DNA of 16,536 bases, from positions 1 to 16,536 of the forward strand of contig JAQGDQ010002052.1 of the NCBI GenBank assembly GCA_030141605.1, read 5' to 3'. The notes beneath the pieces were generated by a model. The model worked only from the letters and a program-made list of their open reading frames with translations, had not been told where the DNA came from and did not search any database. This DNA comes from Tubiluchus corallicola. Its lineage: Eukaryota > Animalia > Priapulida. Positions 1 through 8,559 of this stretch are shown in pieces; the stretch's first letter is position 1, and each line of letters opens with the position of its first letter. The position numbers and the translations under genes were made by a program.

Positions 1-1278
1 TACACGCTGCTTGGTTACACTGATGTAAACAAAGTGACAGCCTGCCAACTAACAGTCAGCTCGCGAAACAACGTAGTATGCGGGGCTTTTTAACAGTCCA
101 GATTTTGTCTGATATCCCTAAAAGCTTATAACGCGAAACACTAAAAGAATCAACCACCTTACAGGTTTCTCTTCAACACAGAATATAAAGCACTGATAAG
201 ATTGGGTTTCCAGGAAAAACGGGGACTTAATCCTACGAACGACTGTATCCTGAATTCCTACAGAATGCGGTACGGCAGTCATACAGTAGTAGAGGAACCA
301 AAGGTAAATATTTTTGACTACTTGGGTCAAAATACTCCCGAAAACTACAAACTGTGTCAACCGTTGAAAGAAATCAAACTCAAATGACATCAACTCAGAC
401 GCAAACACAAAAAGAGACAAACAGCTGCAAATCGTACAATTTACAACGGCACACGTGTAGAAACTTACAACCAAAGAACAACGGTCACCGGAAAAGATTC
501 AGATTTGGGTCTCTACTCACTATCCTCACACTCTCCCGGCTCCGACCCAGTCACATTGACCCTAGATGTTAAAGTGATAACTACACACATAACACATAAT
601 ACATTCACTACCCACCCTAGATGTTAAAGTGATAACTACAGACATAACACATAATACATTGACTGCTCAACCTTAGATGTTAAAGTGATCACTTTAACAT
701 CTAGGGTCAATGTGACTGGGTCGGAGCCGGGAGAGTGTGAGGATAGTGAGTAGAGACCCAAATCTGAATCTTTTCCGGTGACCGTTGTTCTTTGGTTGTA
801 AGTTTCTACACGTGTGCCGTTGTAAATTGTACGATTTGCAGCTGTTTGTCTCTTTTTATTGTTTGCGTCTGGAGTTGATGTCATTTGAGTTTGATTTCTT
901 TCAACAGTTGACACAGTTTGTAGTTTTTTAAGGGTATTTGACCCAAGTAGTCAAAAATATTTACCTTTGGTTCCTCTACTGCACTGTATGACTGCCGTAC
1001 ACATTCTGTAGGAATTCAGGATACAGTCGTTCGTAGGATTAAGTCCCCGTTTTTTCCTGGAAACCCAATCTTATCAGTGCTTTATATTCTGTGTTGAAGA
1101 GAAACCTGTAAATTGGTTGATTCTTTTAGTGTTTCGCGTTCGCTTTTAGGGATATCAGACAAAATCTGGACTGTTAAGATGTCCCATGGACACAGTCCCT
1201 TGTTTTGCAAGTGGACCGCTAGTTGGCGGGCCGTCACTTTGTTTACATCATTACATCAGTGTAACCAAGCAACGTGTA
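1..1278. repeat. Long foldback inverted repeat: arm 1-578 vs arm 688-1278; probably continues beyond the window's left edge
   Basis: 688-856 is the exact reverse complement of ~410-578. Similarity continues outward with small indels to TACACGCTGCTTGGTTACACTGATG (1-25) vs CATCAGTGTAACCAAGCAACGTGTA (1254-1278). ORFs 354..572(+) and 636..914(-) share the start MSTVERNQTQMTST because of this symmetry. Confidence 0.95.
560..703 (+). repeat. 55-56 bp tandem repeat (2 units plus a partial) ending in a perfect 30-bp palindrome at the foldback centre
   Basis: CC(C/T)TAGATGTTAAAGTGAT starts at 560, 615 and 671. TAGATGTTAAAGTGATCACTTTAACATCTA (674-703) is self-complementary. Confidence 0.9.
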
Positions 1279-1480
1279 GCGACTGTACTTAACGTGATTG
1301 TATCTACATACATTATAGCGCACAGACGTGATAGTAAGATGACATAAAAACAGTAAAAGGTCATTGGTCAAGCAAAACTATCTTATTTAAGCAAGTGCGG
1401 CAAAAATATGGCTTCAATTATGTGGAGTTATTTGAGTCAAATGCCGGCAGTTTTTACATACTTTTGCATAGAAGCGGCCC
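1200..1480. mobile_element. End of a putative PIF/Harbinger-like non-autonomous element (outer part of the foldback)
   Basis: Ends ...TTTTGCATAGAAGCGGCCC (1480) followed by TAA, fitting a 5'-GGGCC terminus with a TAA/TTA target. A related, internally deleted copy at 11762-11934 ends at the same point (...TTTTGCATAGGAGTGGCC). Confidence 0.5.
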
Positions 1481-1496
1481 TAACTAGACATATTAA

Positions 1497-1988
1497 AGAC
1501 AATTAGACGATTGATTGAACATTACCGTGAGTCTAATACACGGTGCCTATTATATTAGATTAGTATTGGTAAATACAGACAATTAGCAACTTAGGTCCAG
1601 CGGTCTCGCCGCTTTTGTCTCGCAATTTGAGATGTTTGTGTTTCGAGTGGAAATAAATTTTTAACAGTATTTAAAGCTATGAACTTTCTTAACTAAAACT
1701 TAACGTAGCAGCAGGCTGAGAAATTTCAATTTTATAGAACAATTGCTTCTAATATTACTTTAGCATAACTTTGCCACCTGCTGTGAACATTTTTTCAGAA
1801 AAAAAGATATTGAAAAGACGTTCAGAGTTTTGTCTGGTCACTGCTCTTGTCTGGTCACTACTTTTCTCTGGTCACTACTCTTGTCTGGTCACTACTCTCC
1901 CTGTTAAAGAGAGATGTATTCGTGTCCAGATGTAGCTAACATACGTCTAATATAAAACTCTACTGCTAAGTATAATGTATGTGCAAAA
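1497..1988 (+). mobile_element. Kolobok-like transposon end, copy 1 (~490 bp; inverted copy at 3172-3651)
   Basis: TTAA (1493-1496) followed by AGACAATTAGACGATTGATTG; shares AGACGATTGATT with the right TIR of the 6955-7490 element; contains four ~18-bp TCTGGTCACT(A/G)CT repeats at ~1831-1898. Confidence 0.6.
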
Positions 1989-2021
1989 CGTTGTCTAATG
2001 ACATTTCAGATTTTGCTAGTA

Positions 2022-2610
2022 CACTAAGTCCTCGCTTAATGACGTTAAATGCGACGCTAAGCGAAACATCATTATACGAAGCCAAGACATTCATTGACAG
2101 TTAGGTAAAAGAATTGAGAAGTGAGATGACTATCAGACGCAAAAATCAATGTTGCTTAAATCATATAAATTAAAGGTTTTGGCTGTTTTATTCATGTTTC
2201 TACTGATTAATTTTTTTTTGTTTGCTTGAAACCACCTATACATCTTACTTACCTTTACGTAGCTGTAGCGCTTTCTATTTTGTTAGCGTTTAAGTCTTAG
2301 CAATGAAAAGATACGATAAGCCCTCGCTTGAGGACGGTGTGTTTCAGCAAAGCATGACGTTAAGTAAAACGCGACGTTAAACAAAACGTCGTTAAACGAA
2401 GCTAAGACTTCCAAATTAAAAGTAATGTAAAATAGCCGAGGTGCGCTCCAGAGGCAAAAATCAATGTTGCTTAAATCATTTAAATTAAACATTTTATGAG
2501 TTTTACTCACGTTTCTACTGATTAATTTCTTTCTTTTTTTTGAAACCACCTATATATCTTACTTACCTAGCTAGTAGTTTCTCTTTGTTTAACATTTAAG
2601 CCTAGGCAGT
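2022..2610 (+). mobile_element. Two tandem diverged (~290 bp) copies of a Tc1/mariner (Tigger-like) MITE left end
   Basis: TA|CACTAAGTCCTCGCTTAATGACG at 2020 and TA|CGATAAGCCCTCGCTTGAGGACG at 2312. Downstream blocks GCAAAAATCAATGTTGCTTAAATCAT...TGAAACCACCTATA(C/T)ATCTTACTTACCT align between ~2139-2254 and ~2454-2568. Confidence 0.55.
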
Positions 2611-2895
2611 GGTTAAACAATAAACACTGAAGTAGAGTCAAAGCCAAGCCCTGGGCTGACATAGGCAGTGGTTAAACAACAAACACTGAAGTAGAGTCAA
2701 AGCCAAGCCCTGGGCTGACCTAGGCAGTGGTTAAACAATAAACACTGAAGTAGAGTCAAAGCCAAGCCCTGGGCTGACCTAGGCAGTGGTTAAACAACAA
2801 ACACTGAAGTAGAGTCAAAGCCAAGCCCTGGGCTGACCTAGGCAGTGGTTAAACAATAAACACTGAAGTAGAGTCAAAGCCAAGCCTTGGGCTGA
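2601..2895 (+). repeat. 59-bp tandem repeat, 5 near-identical units
   Basis: Unit CCTAGGCAGTGGTTAAACAA(T/C)AAACACTGAAGTAGAGTCAAAGCCAAGCCCTGGGCTGA starts at 2601, 2660, 2719, 2778 and 2837. Confidence 0.97.
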
Positions 2896-3023
2896 CCTTG
2901 GAAATTTTATCTAGATACTTAGCCTCGTTTGTGCAACAGCAGGTTGTAGGGGAAATTCCTCATCCTGTAATTCTCATCCTGTAATGCCCACATTTTTTGA
3001 AAACATCCTATAATTCCTATATT

Positions 3024-3171
3024 CAATCAATCAATCAATCAATCAGTTTGTTTCACTCCAGCAATACATAAGCATACAATATTATTGAAAAAAGGTTATA
3101 TTTTGGGTTTATCTACTATAATTGCTATAATAAGACTGAGAATAATAATACCTGAGAATGTTATAGGTATT
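3024..3171 (-). mobile_element. Probable non-LTR retroposon 3' end with (TGAT)n tail
   Basis: The minus strand ends ...GCTGGAGTGAAACAAACTGATTGATTGATTGATTGATTG, an AATAAA-like word plus a short microsatellite tail typical of CR1/L2-group ends. Confidence 0.4.
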
Positions 3172-3651
3172 TTTTCACATACATTATACTTGGCAGTAGA
3201 GTTTTATATCAGACGTATGTTAGCTTGAATACATCTCTCTTTAACAAGGAGAGTAGTGGCCAGACAAGAGTAGTGACCAGAGAAAAGTAGTGACCAGACA
3301 TGAGTAGTGACCAGAAAAAACTCTGAACGTCTTTTCAATATCTTTTTTTCTGAAAAAATGTTCACAGCAGGTGGCAAAGTTATGCTAAAGTAATATTAGA
3401 AGCAATTGTTCTATAAAATTGAAATTTCTCAGCCTGCTGCTACATTAACTTTTGGCTAAGAAAGTTCATAGCTTTAAAAACTGTTAAAAATTTATTTCCA
3501 CTCAAAACACAAACATCTCAAATTGCGAGAAAAAAGCGGCGAGACCGCTGGTCCTAATTTGCCAATTGTCCGTATTTACCAATACTAATCTAATACAGTA
3601 GGCGCTATGTATTATACTCATGGTAATGTTCAATCAATCATCTAATTGTCT
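3172..3651 (-). mobile_element. Kolobok-like transposon end, copy 2 (inverted copy of 1497-1988)
   Basis: Reverse complement of 1497-1988 with scattered substitutions and one ~11-bp indel; ends ...CAATCAATCATCTAATTGTCT followed by TAAA. Confidence 0.85.
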
Positions 3652-3875
3652 TAAAGTGTCCTATATTTTTTAGAATAATGTCCTATATTTTTGAAAAGTA
3701 GAGTGCAACCCCTGAAAATTCCTTCCCAATAAAGTTTGCCGCTAGGATTTCGTATTCACTCGGGAAGCAATAATGTATACTTGTATAATATTCACACTGT
3801 TTGCATTACTAGTATGTTTTTAGAACGGAACAATGCAAAGTAATACTGTTAATGGATCAAATTAGGTAAAAAAAG

Positions 3876-4118
3876 TTTTTGATTAAAAAAATGGCTTCAA
3901 GTAAAGTAAAAAGATTCGTCGTTAAAATGAAACAGTGAGTCGTTAAGTGAAAAAAAGGTGTCAAATTTTTGATAAAATAAAAACCGGCTTCAAGTAAAGT
4001 AAAAAGATTCGTCGTTAAAATGAAACAGTGAGTCGTTAAGTGAAGAAAAGGTGTCAAATCATCAGCATCATTAAAACGAAACGTCGCTAAATGGGGTGTC
4101 ATTAAATGAGGATTATAG
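3876..4118 (+). repeat. 93-bp direct duplication followed by a Tc1/mariner-like right end
   Basis: GGCTTCAAGTAAAGTAAAAAGATTCGTCGTTAAAATGAAACAGTGAGTCGTTAAGTGAA... at 3893 and 3986. The terminal GTCATTAAATGAGGATTATAG|TA (to 4118) is a degenerate inverse of the end at 2022. Confidence 0.65.
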
Positions 4119-4468
4119 TAAAGTAATTACACAGGCATACTGTTTATATACAAATGACATCATCATAAGATTATTTATGTACATATAAGCTACAACACAT
4201 ACTACTTGTACGTAGAGTATAACATGTATAAACATTATACGCAAATATTGGATATATATTTAGAATAAGTAAATCGTTATGCAAAATTGTCAGCTTGTTT
4301 AGTAAGTAATTCATTTAATGTACATAATGTAAAGACTTATTTAACATTTTTGTACTTTTGTGCCCTGCAAATAGAGGGTTTCTTGTATAATTTTCCATAA
4401 AGATTTTTAATAATAATAATAATAAGTGAGGATTTGCTGTATTCCTAGATTGGTCGGTGTAAAGTTTT

Positions 4469-5012
4469 AACTGACAGTCCTTCCTAACTAACAGTCCTTC
4501 CTAACTAACAGTCCTTCCTGACTAACAGTCCTTCCTAACTAACAGTCCTTCCTGACTAACAGTCCTTCCTAACTAACAGTCCTTCCTAACTAACAGTCCT
4601 TCCTGACTAACAGTCCTTCCTAACTAACAGTCCTTCCTGACTAACAGTCCTTCCTAACTAACAGTCCTTCCTAACTAACAGTCCTTCCTGACTAACAGTC
4701 CTTCCTGACTAACAGTCCTTCCTAACTAACAGTCCTTCCTAACTAACAGTCCTTCCTGACTAACAGTCCTTCCTAACTAACAGTCCTTCCTGACTAACAG
4801 TCCTTCCTGACTAACAGTCCTTCCTAACTAACAGTCCTTCCTGACTAACAGTCCTTCCTAACTAACAGTCCTTCCTGACTAACAGTCCTTCCTGACTAAC
4901 AGTCCTTCCTAACTAACAGTCCTTCCTAACTAACAGTCCTTCCTGACTAACAGTCCTTCCTGACTAACAGTCCTTCCTAACTAACAGTCCTTCCTAACTA
5001 ACAGTCCTTCCT
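4469..5012 (+). repeat. 17-bp minisatellite, 32 full units (A/G)ACTAACAGTCCTTCCT, decaying to ~5036
   Basis: Exact 17-bp periodicity from 4469 to 5012; apart from unit 1 (CTGAC), only the first base varies (A/G). Confidence 0.98.
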
Positions 5013-5024
5013 GACTAACTTCCT

Positions 5025-5064
5025 TTTAACTAACAGAATTTAAATGGCTTCTATTTTGCTTTAG
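5025..5064 (+). promoter_or_regulatory. Branch point and 3' splice site of the last sirtuin intron
   Basis: ACTAAC at 5029-5034 and pyrimidine-rich CTTCTATTTTGCTTTAG ending at 5064; the next base opens the sirtuin frame in phase 0. Confidence 0.8.
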
Positions 5065-5883
5065 GACAAGCACGCTCATCTATGCATACATGGCTTCTTG
5101 GACGACGTCATGGGACAACTATGCGAGGAACTGAAGGTGGAAATTCCCGTATTTTCTCACCCCACTTTCGTTCCTGCCTCCGCGCATCCCGACAAGCCGT
5201 TTCACGCGACGTCCCGCACGGCGGACAAGCGGCGAAAGAGCGCCGGCGAGCGGAACGCCTCCTCCAAGAAATCGAAACTGTTGGACAGAGAGGCGCTGGA
5301 GAGAATCGAAAAGGTTCTCAACGACGTCGTGGGGAGATACTGCGTGGAAAAGCGCGACGTCGACTCTCACACGAGAAGCGATCTGCTAGTGAAAACTCTA
5401 CTGCACGATTCCGAGCTGATAAAAGTGGAAAAGGCGGGGGGCGAATCGGTCGTCGGCTGTGTTGCAAATGACGTGCCAAACGACTTGTTAAATGACCCGC
5501 CGTCGTCGGACTGTGCCCTCGCTGCCGGTAACGCAGACGGCGTCGGCTCGTGTAAGAAGGAAACTACGTGCATAAAGGACGAAGTTGAAAGCGGCGAAAA
5601 AGGTGGCACTGTCGTCGCCGACTACTCGAAGTTTCAACTCGGCTTGAACGGTGTGAACAGCCGTTTGTGCCAGCGGCTGGTCGAAGCAAAAAGTGAAGTG
5701 CGCCCGTCTATGCAAACTAGTGAAAGCCGCGGAACAGGTATCGTAAAAAGCGAGGCTGTTCTAACAGAAGAGGAGGAAGGTGGACTGATTAACGTGGTAC
5801 GTCACGCCGCTTTGTGTAGCGTGGAACCGGATCTCAAACTGCGGGACGTGGAAATCCTGGCGGAACGCGATCCGTGTTCTTAG
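5065..5883 (+). CDS. SIRT6: Terminal coding exon of an NAD-dependent deacylase sirtuin-6 (class IV sirtuin); 272 aa plus stop; upstream exons are outside the window
   Basis: Extending ORF 5098..5883 back to the AG at 5063-5064 gives DKHAHLCIHGFLDDVMGQLCEELKVEIPVF. This resembles human SIRT6 [30 protein letters not shown] more closely than SIRT7 DDWAALKLHGKCDDVM (both recalled from memory). GC and CpG content rise sharply; a basic NLS-like KRRKS...KKSK follows; stop TAG at 5881-5883. Confidence 0.85.
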   Translation, partial: DKHAHLCIHGFLDDVMGQLCEELKVEIPVFSHPTFVPASAHPDKPFHATSRTADKRRKSAGERNASSKKSKLLDREALERIEKVLNDVVGRYCVEKRDVDSHTRSDLLVKTLLHDSELIKVEKAGGESVVGCVANDVPNDLLNDPPSSDCALAAGNADGVGSCKKETTCIKDEVESGEKGGTVVADYSKFQLGLNGVNSRLCQRLVEAKSEVRPSMQTSESRGTGIVKSEAVLTEEEEGGLINVVRHAALCSVEPDLKLRDVEILAERDPCS

Positions 5884-5949
5884 CCAGTAAAAACCAAGCT
5901 AGTAGTTAAATTGGCGGCTTTATTTTTCCTTTTTAAAAGGAAAAACCAC

Positions 5950-6400
5950 TACTGTAAACAGTTGCGTAGCCATGACAACCGTTTTCGATGCTCGTTAAGT
6001 GTGAGTGGGCTACTAGAAAGGGAACTAAGACGAAATGGTCTGACTGAAAATTGCAAATTAATTTGTGTTTGGATTTGCGTCGTCAAACGTACCTTTCTCT
6101 ACAGACTTTGAGACTGTAAACACTAGCGTCGCCATGGCAACGCCCTGGCGATATATGCTAAAGTAAACGTGATTATGTCACTTGAAAGTGGACAGACGTC
6201 GGTAATTTTGGCTATGAAATTTAGATTAACTTGTGTTCGATTTGGGTCGTCAAACGTACGTTTTTCTTCTCGTTATGTGACTGCAAATGGCAGCGCGTTG
6301 CCATGACAACGCCGCCGCAACTTTTGCCGGATTGATTCTCCGAATTGTAAATTACTTTGAATCTGTATTGAGTCTTGCATCGTCAAACTGTTTTGTTTAT
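5950..6400 (+). promoter_or_regulatory. Degenerate ~165-bp triplication, each unit with an RFX X-box-like palindrome
   Basis: GTAGCCATGACAAC (5966), GTCGCCATGGCAAC (6128) and GTTGCCATGACAAC (6297); each is preceded by ACTG(T/C)AAA and followed further on by TCGTCAAAC. Confidence 0.6.
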
Positions 6401-6634
6401 CTTACATCGAGCGTACATTTAGAAATACGAAGGGGACGAAAATTGCGAGGAACGTTCCGAGGATCCAGATTTTTGCCATTCTTTGGCACATCACAAATGA
6501 CCAACGGTCTTAGGAATGACCACGGGATTTTGCTTGTTCGTGTAGTTAAACTCCTGATCATTACAATGCTAGATAGTAGCTGAGAAATATACGTGACGAA
6601 GTTAACGAAGAATTGAGGATTCTTGTTACTGTAA

Positions 6635-6827
6635 AGCGGCGCTTACGTAGCATCCAGATGCGGATGCGGATGTGTTTTCCACTTGCGGAACAGTCTGTTG
6701 AAAAAATCTATAGGAAATAGCTGTAGTAAAACAATAACGCAGGCTGCATTGCAAACTATATAAACCGATTTTTTCTAATCCGCATCCCTAGAACGCATCA
6801 GCATCCGCATGGTACATAGGCGCCATT
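6635..6827. mobile_element. Small MITE with degenerate ~35-bp TIRs (PIF/Harbinger-like)
   Basis: Left GGCGCTTACGTAGCATCCAGATGCGGATGCG vs reverse complement of right GGCGCCTATGTACCATGCGGATGCTGATGCG; TAA lies next to both ends. Confidence 0.6.
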
Positions 6828-6844
6828 AAAACGTATAATATTGA

Positions 6845-6850
6845 AATAAA
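6845..6850 (+). promoter_or_regulatory. Candidate polyadenylation signal for the sirtuin transcript
   Basis: First AATAAA I found downstream of the stop codon; AT-rich context makes it weak. Confidence 0.3.
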
Positions 6851-6954
6851 TTCCTCGTAAACAAATGAAATTACTGAACATTTCAAATGCTTCTGTGTCA
6901 CTCGTTGCAAAATCATCCACTACTTCCCATCTCACTATCTCAGATTTTACTTAA

Positions 6955-7490
6955 AGGAAAACCGGATGATTGTGTAAACACGAGTTCAGAATAAAGAATG
7001 CTCTAAAATATTAAAAACTACAATCGCTTATTTTAAATCGAAGCTTAGATTAAATAATAATTACCTCGGATACTCGAATTTCGTTAAACTTTCAAAGCTA
7101 AGCGCGGCTCAGTGAATCTACTAAGATTGGCAACGATGCCTTTTTTGCGTGTGGCCAACAAATAAAAGTAGATAACCATGATCATGAACTGCTGTGTTAG
7201 TTTCATGATGTCATATGATGTAGAGCCCATTTTTTGCGACATCATGTGTTTAAGCTGTGCCGTAACACCTATGCAAATCTGCCTGATGCGCAAAGGAAGA
7301 TGCCTGTCATTGCATAAACCTTGGTTAGTTTCTGACGTAAGCAATAGTTGTGTTCAGTTGTCATTAATTAACTTTCTAAGCTAATTATTCAAATATAAGG
7401 AACAATTGCTTACCTTTATAGGCAAGAAAATGTATATTTTGGACAGTAAATTAAAACAAGATTGAGTCTAATCAATCGTCTGGTTTTCCT
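6955..7490. mobile_element. Kolobok-like non-autonomous DNA transposon (536 bp)
   Basis: TTAA at 6951-6954 and 7491-7494; TIRs AGGAAAACCGGATGATTG / CAATCGTCTGGTTTTCCT (16/18). Purine-purine termini with a TTAA TSD are characteristic of Kolobok. Confidence 0.8.
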
Positions 7491-7520
7491 TTAAAATCTA
7501 GTGAGAGTGATCCTTTATGA

Positions 7521-8022
7521 CAGGGGTGTGCAAATTATCTGACTAGCCGGGCCACATTAAACTTTCCCGCAATTCCTGTGGGCCACAGGCAGTTTGATCA
7601 AGGAGCCAAGTACAGAAAGGCCTAATAACGATTTTTTTTTGCATCCGACCTGCGTACATCATTACTACTACACTCAAGAAACTATTTTAGAAGTTATTAA
7701 AATTTATATTACAAACCATATATTTCTACTTTCATGACAGATAGTGGTAATTTCACTACAATGCATAATAGTAATGCATATCACACAGTCTGTGTAGTAC
7801 AGTGACATTAAGCTACAACCATCATGTAAGGGTTAATGGCATCCGATCTAGTAGAAAAAACTACCCGCACTATCTTTGGGATCGTGGCACAGACTTCAGC
7901 TGGATACACTCAATTAATCACCCGGGCCGCACTTTCATTAGGTTGACAAATCTCTTCGCGGGCCGCACAAATTCTCTCGGCGGGCCGCAAGTGGCCCACT
8001 GGACGCAATTTGCACACCCCTG
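7521..8022. mobile_element. hAT (Charlie-like) MITE, 502 bp
   Basis: Perfect 16-bp TIR CAGGGGTGTGCAAATT; perfect 8-bp TSD CTTTATGA (7513-7520, 8023-8030); subterminal GGGCC(G/A)CA repeats. Confidence 0.95.
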
Positions 8023-8559
8023 CTTTATGAATATGACGGAGAAATGCAACGTTATTTAGCTGAATTCTTTACAGTTTTTGGATAAGAGTGTTTTAATTGA
8101 TGTGTCTCAAAAATATACACGTGAATACCTTGTAAAATGCAAGCATCTTGATGAGGTTAGTACTAAAAATGCTAAAAGATTATAGTCATCAAAATTGGCA
8201 TACAAGCACAATAGTTGCTGCATATTAAGAAAATGCCAAATTTTACTTATCTCATAGTAGTTCCTCACAAAATGATGAGTAAGGTAAATAACTATGGAAG
8301 TTTCTGCTGAATCAATCAAAGTGGTTTATTTATGATATTGCAGCAATGATCAGGCTGAAATCACAACAACAAAATAATTACATATAATACTACCATACCG
8401 CATAGAGCATAAGTACAAATATAAATGTCTTGAATTGTACTAATTTAAGAATTGTTCCTTTAACCACAAAAGTAAAACTGCAAATAATATACCGTTCTAA
8501 ATGTTAAACATCTGCTTGACACTGCATGGAGTTCTTATTGTTAAATGTGTTAAGAATTG

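Noticed and set aside
118-914. ORFs 118..474, 202..387, 354..572 and 636..914 as genes; LYSLSSHSPGSDPVTLTLDV faintly recalls the segment before a Gypsy protease
   Set aside because: They are mirror products of the palindrome with frame-breaking indels between the arms; no D(T/S)G motif or zinc knuckle is present.
2601-2895. CRISPR-like array (also considered for 560-703, 4469-5012 and 15108-15742)
   Set aside because: Units are contiguous with no unique spacers, there are no cas genes, and the context is eukaryotic.
2940-3714. Complete hAT MITE from CAGGTTGTAG to GTGCAACCCCTG
   Set aside because: The right end and TCCTATA subrepeats are suggestive, but the left TIR is poor and there is no 8-bp TSD; used only as supporting context.
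5082-5715. Overlapping ORFs 5082..5471(+), 5119..5370(-), 5367..5609(-), 5488..5715(-), and the TTG start at 5098
   Set aside because: Shadow frames of the GC-rich sirtuin exon; the true frame is entered by splicing at 5065.
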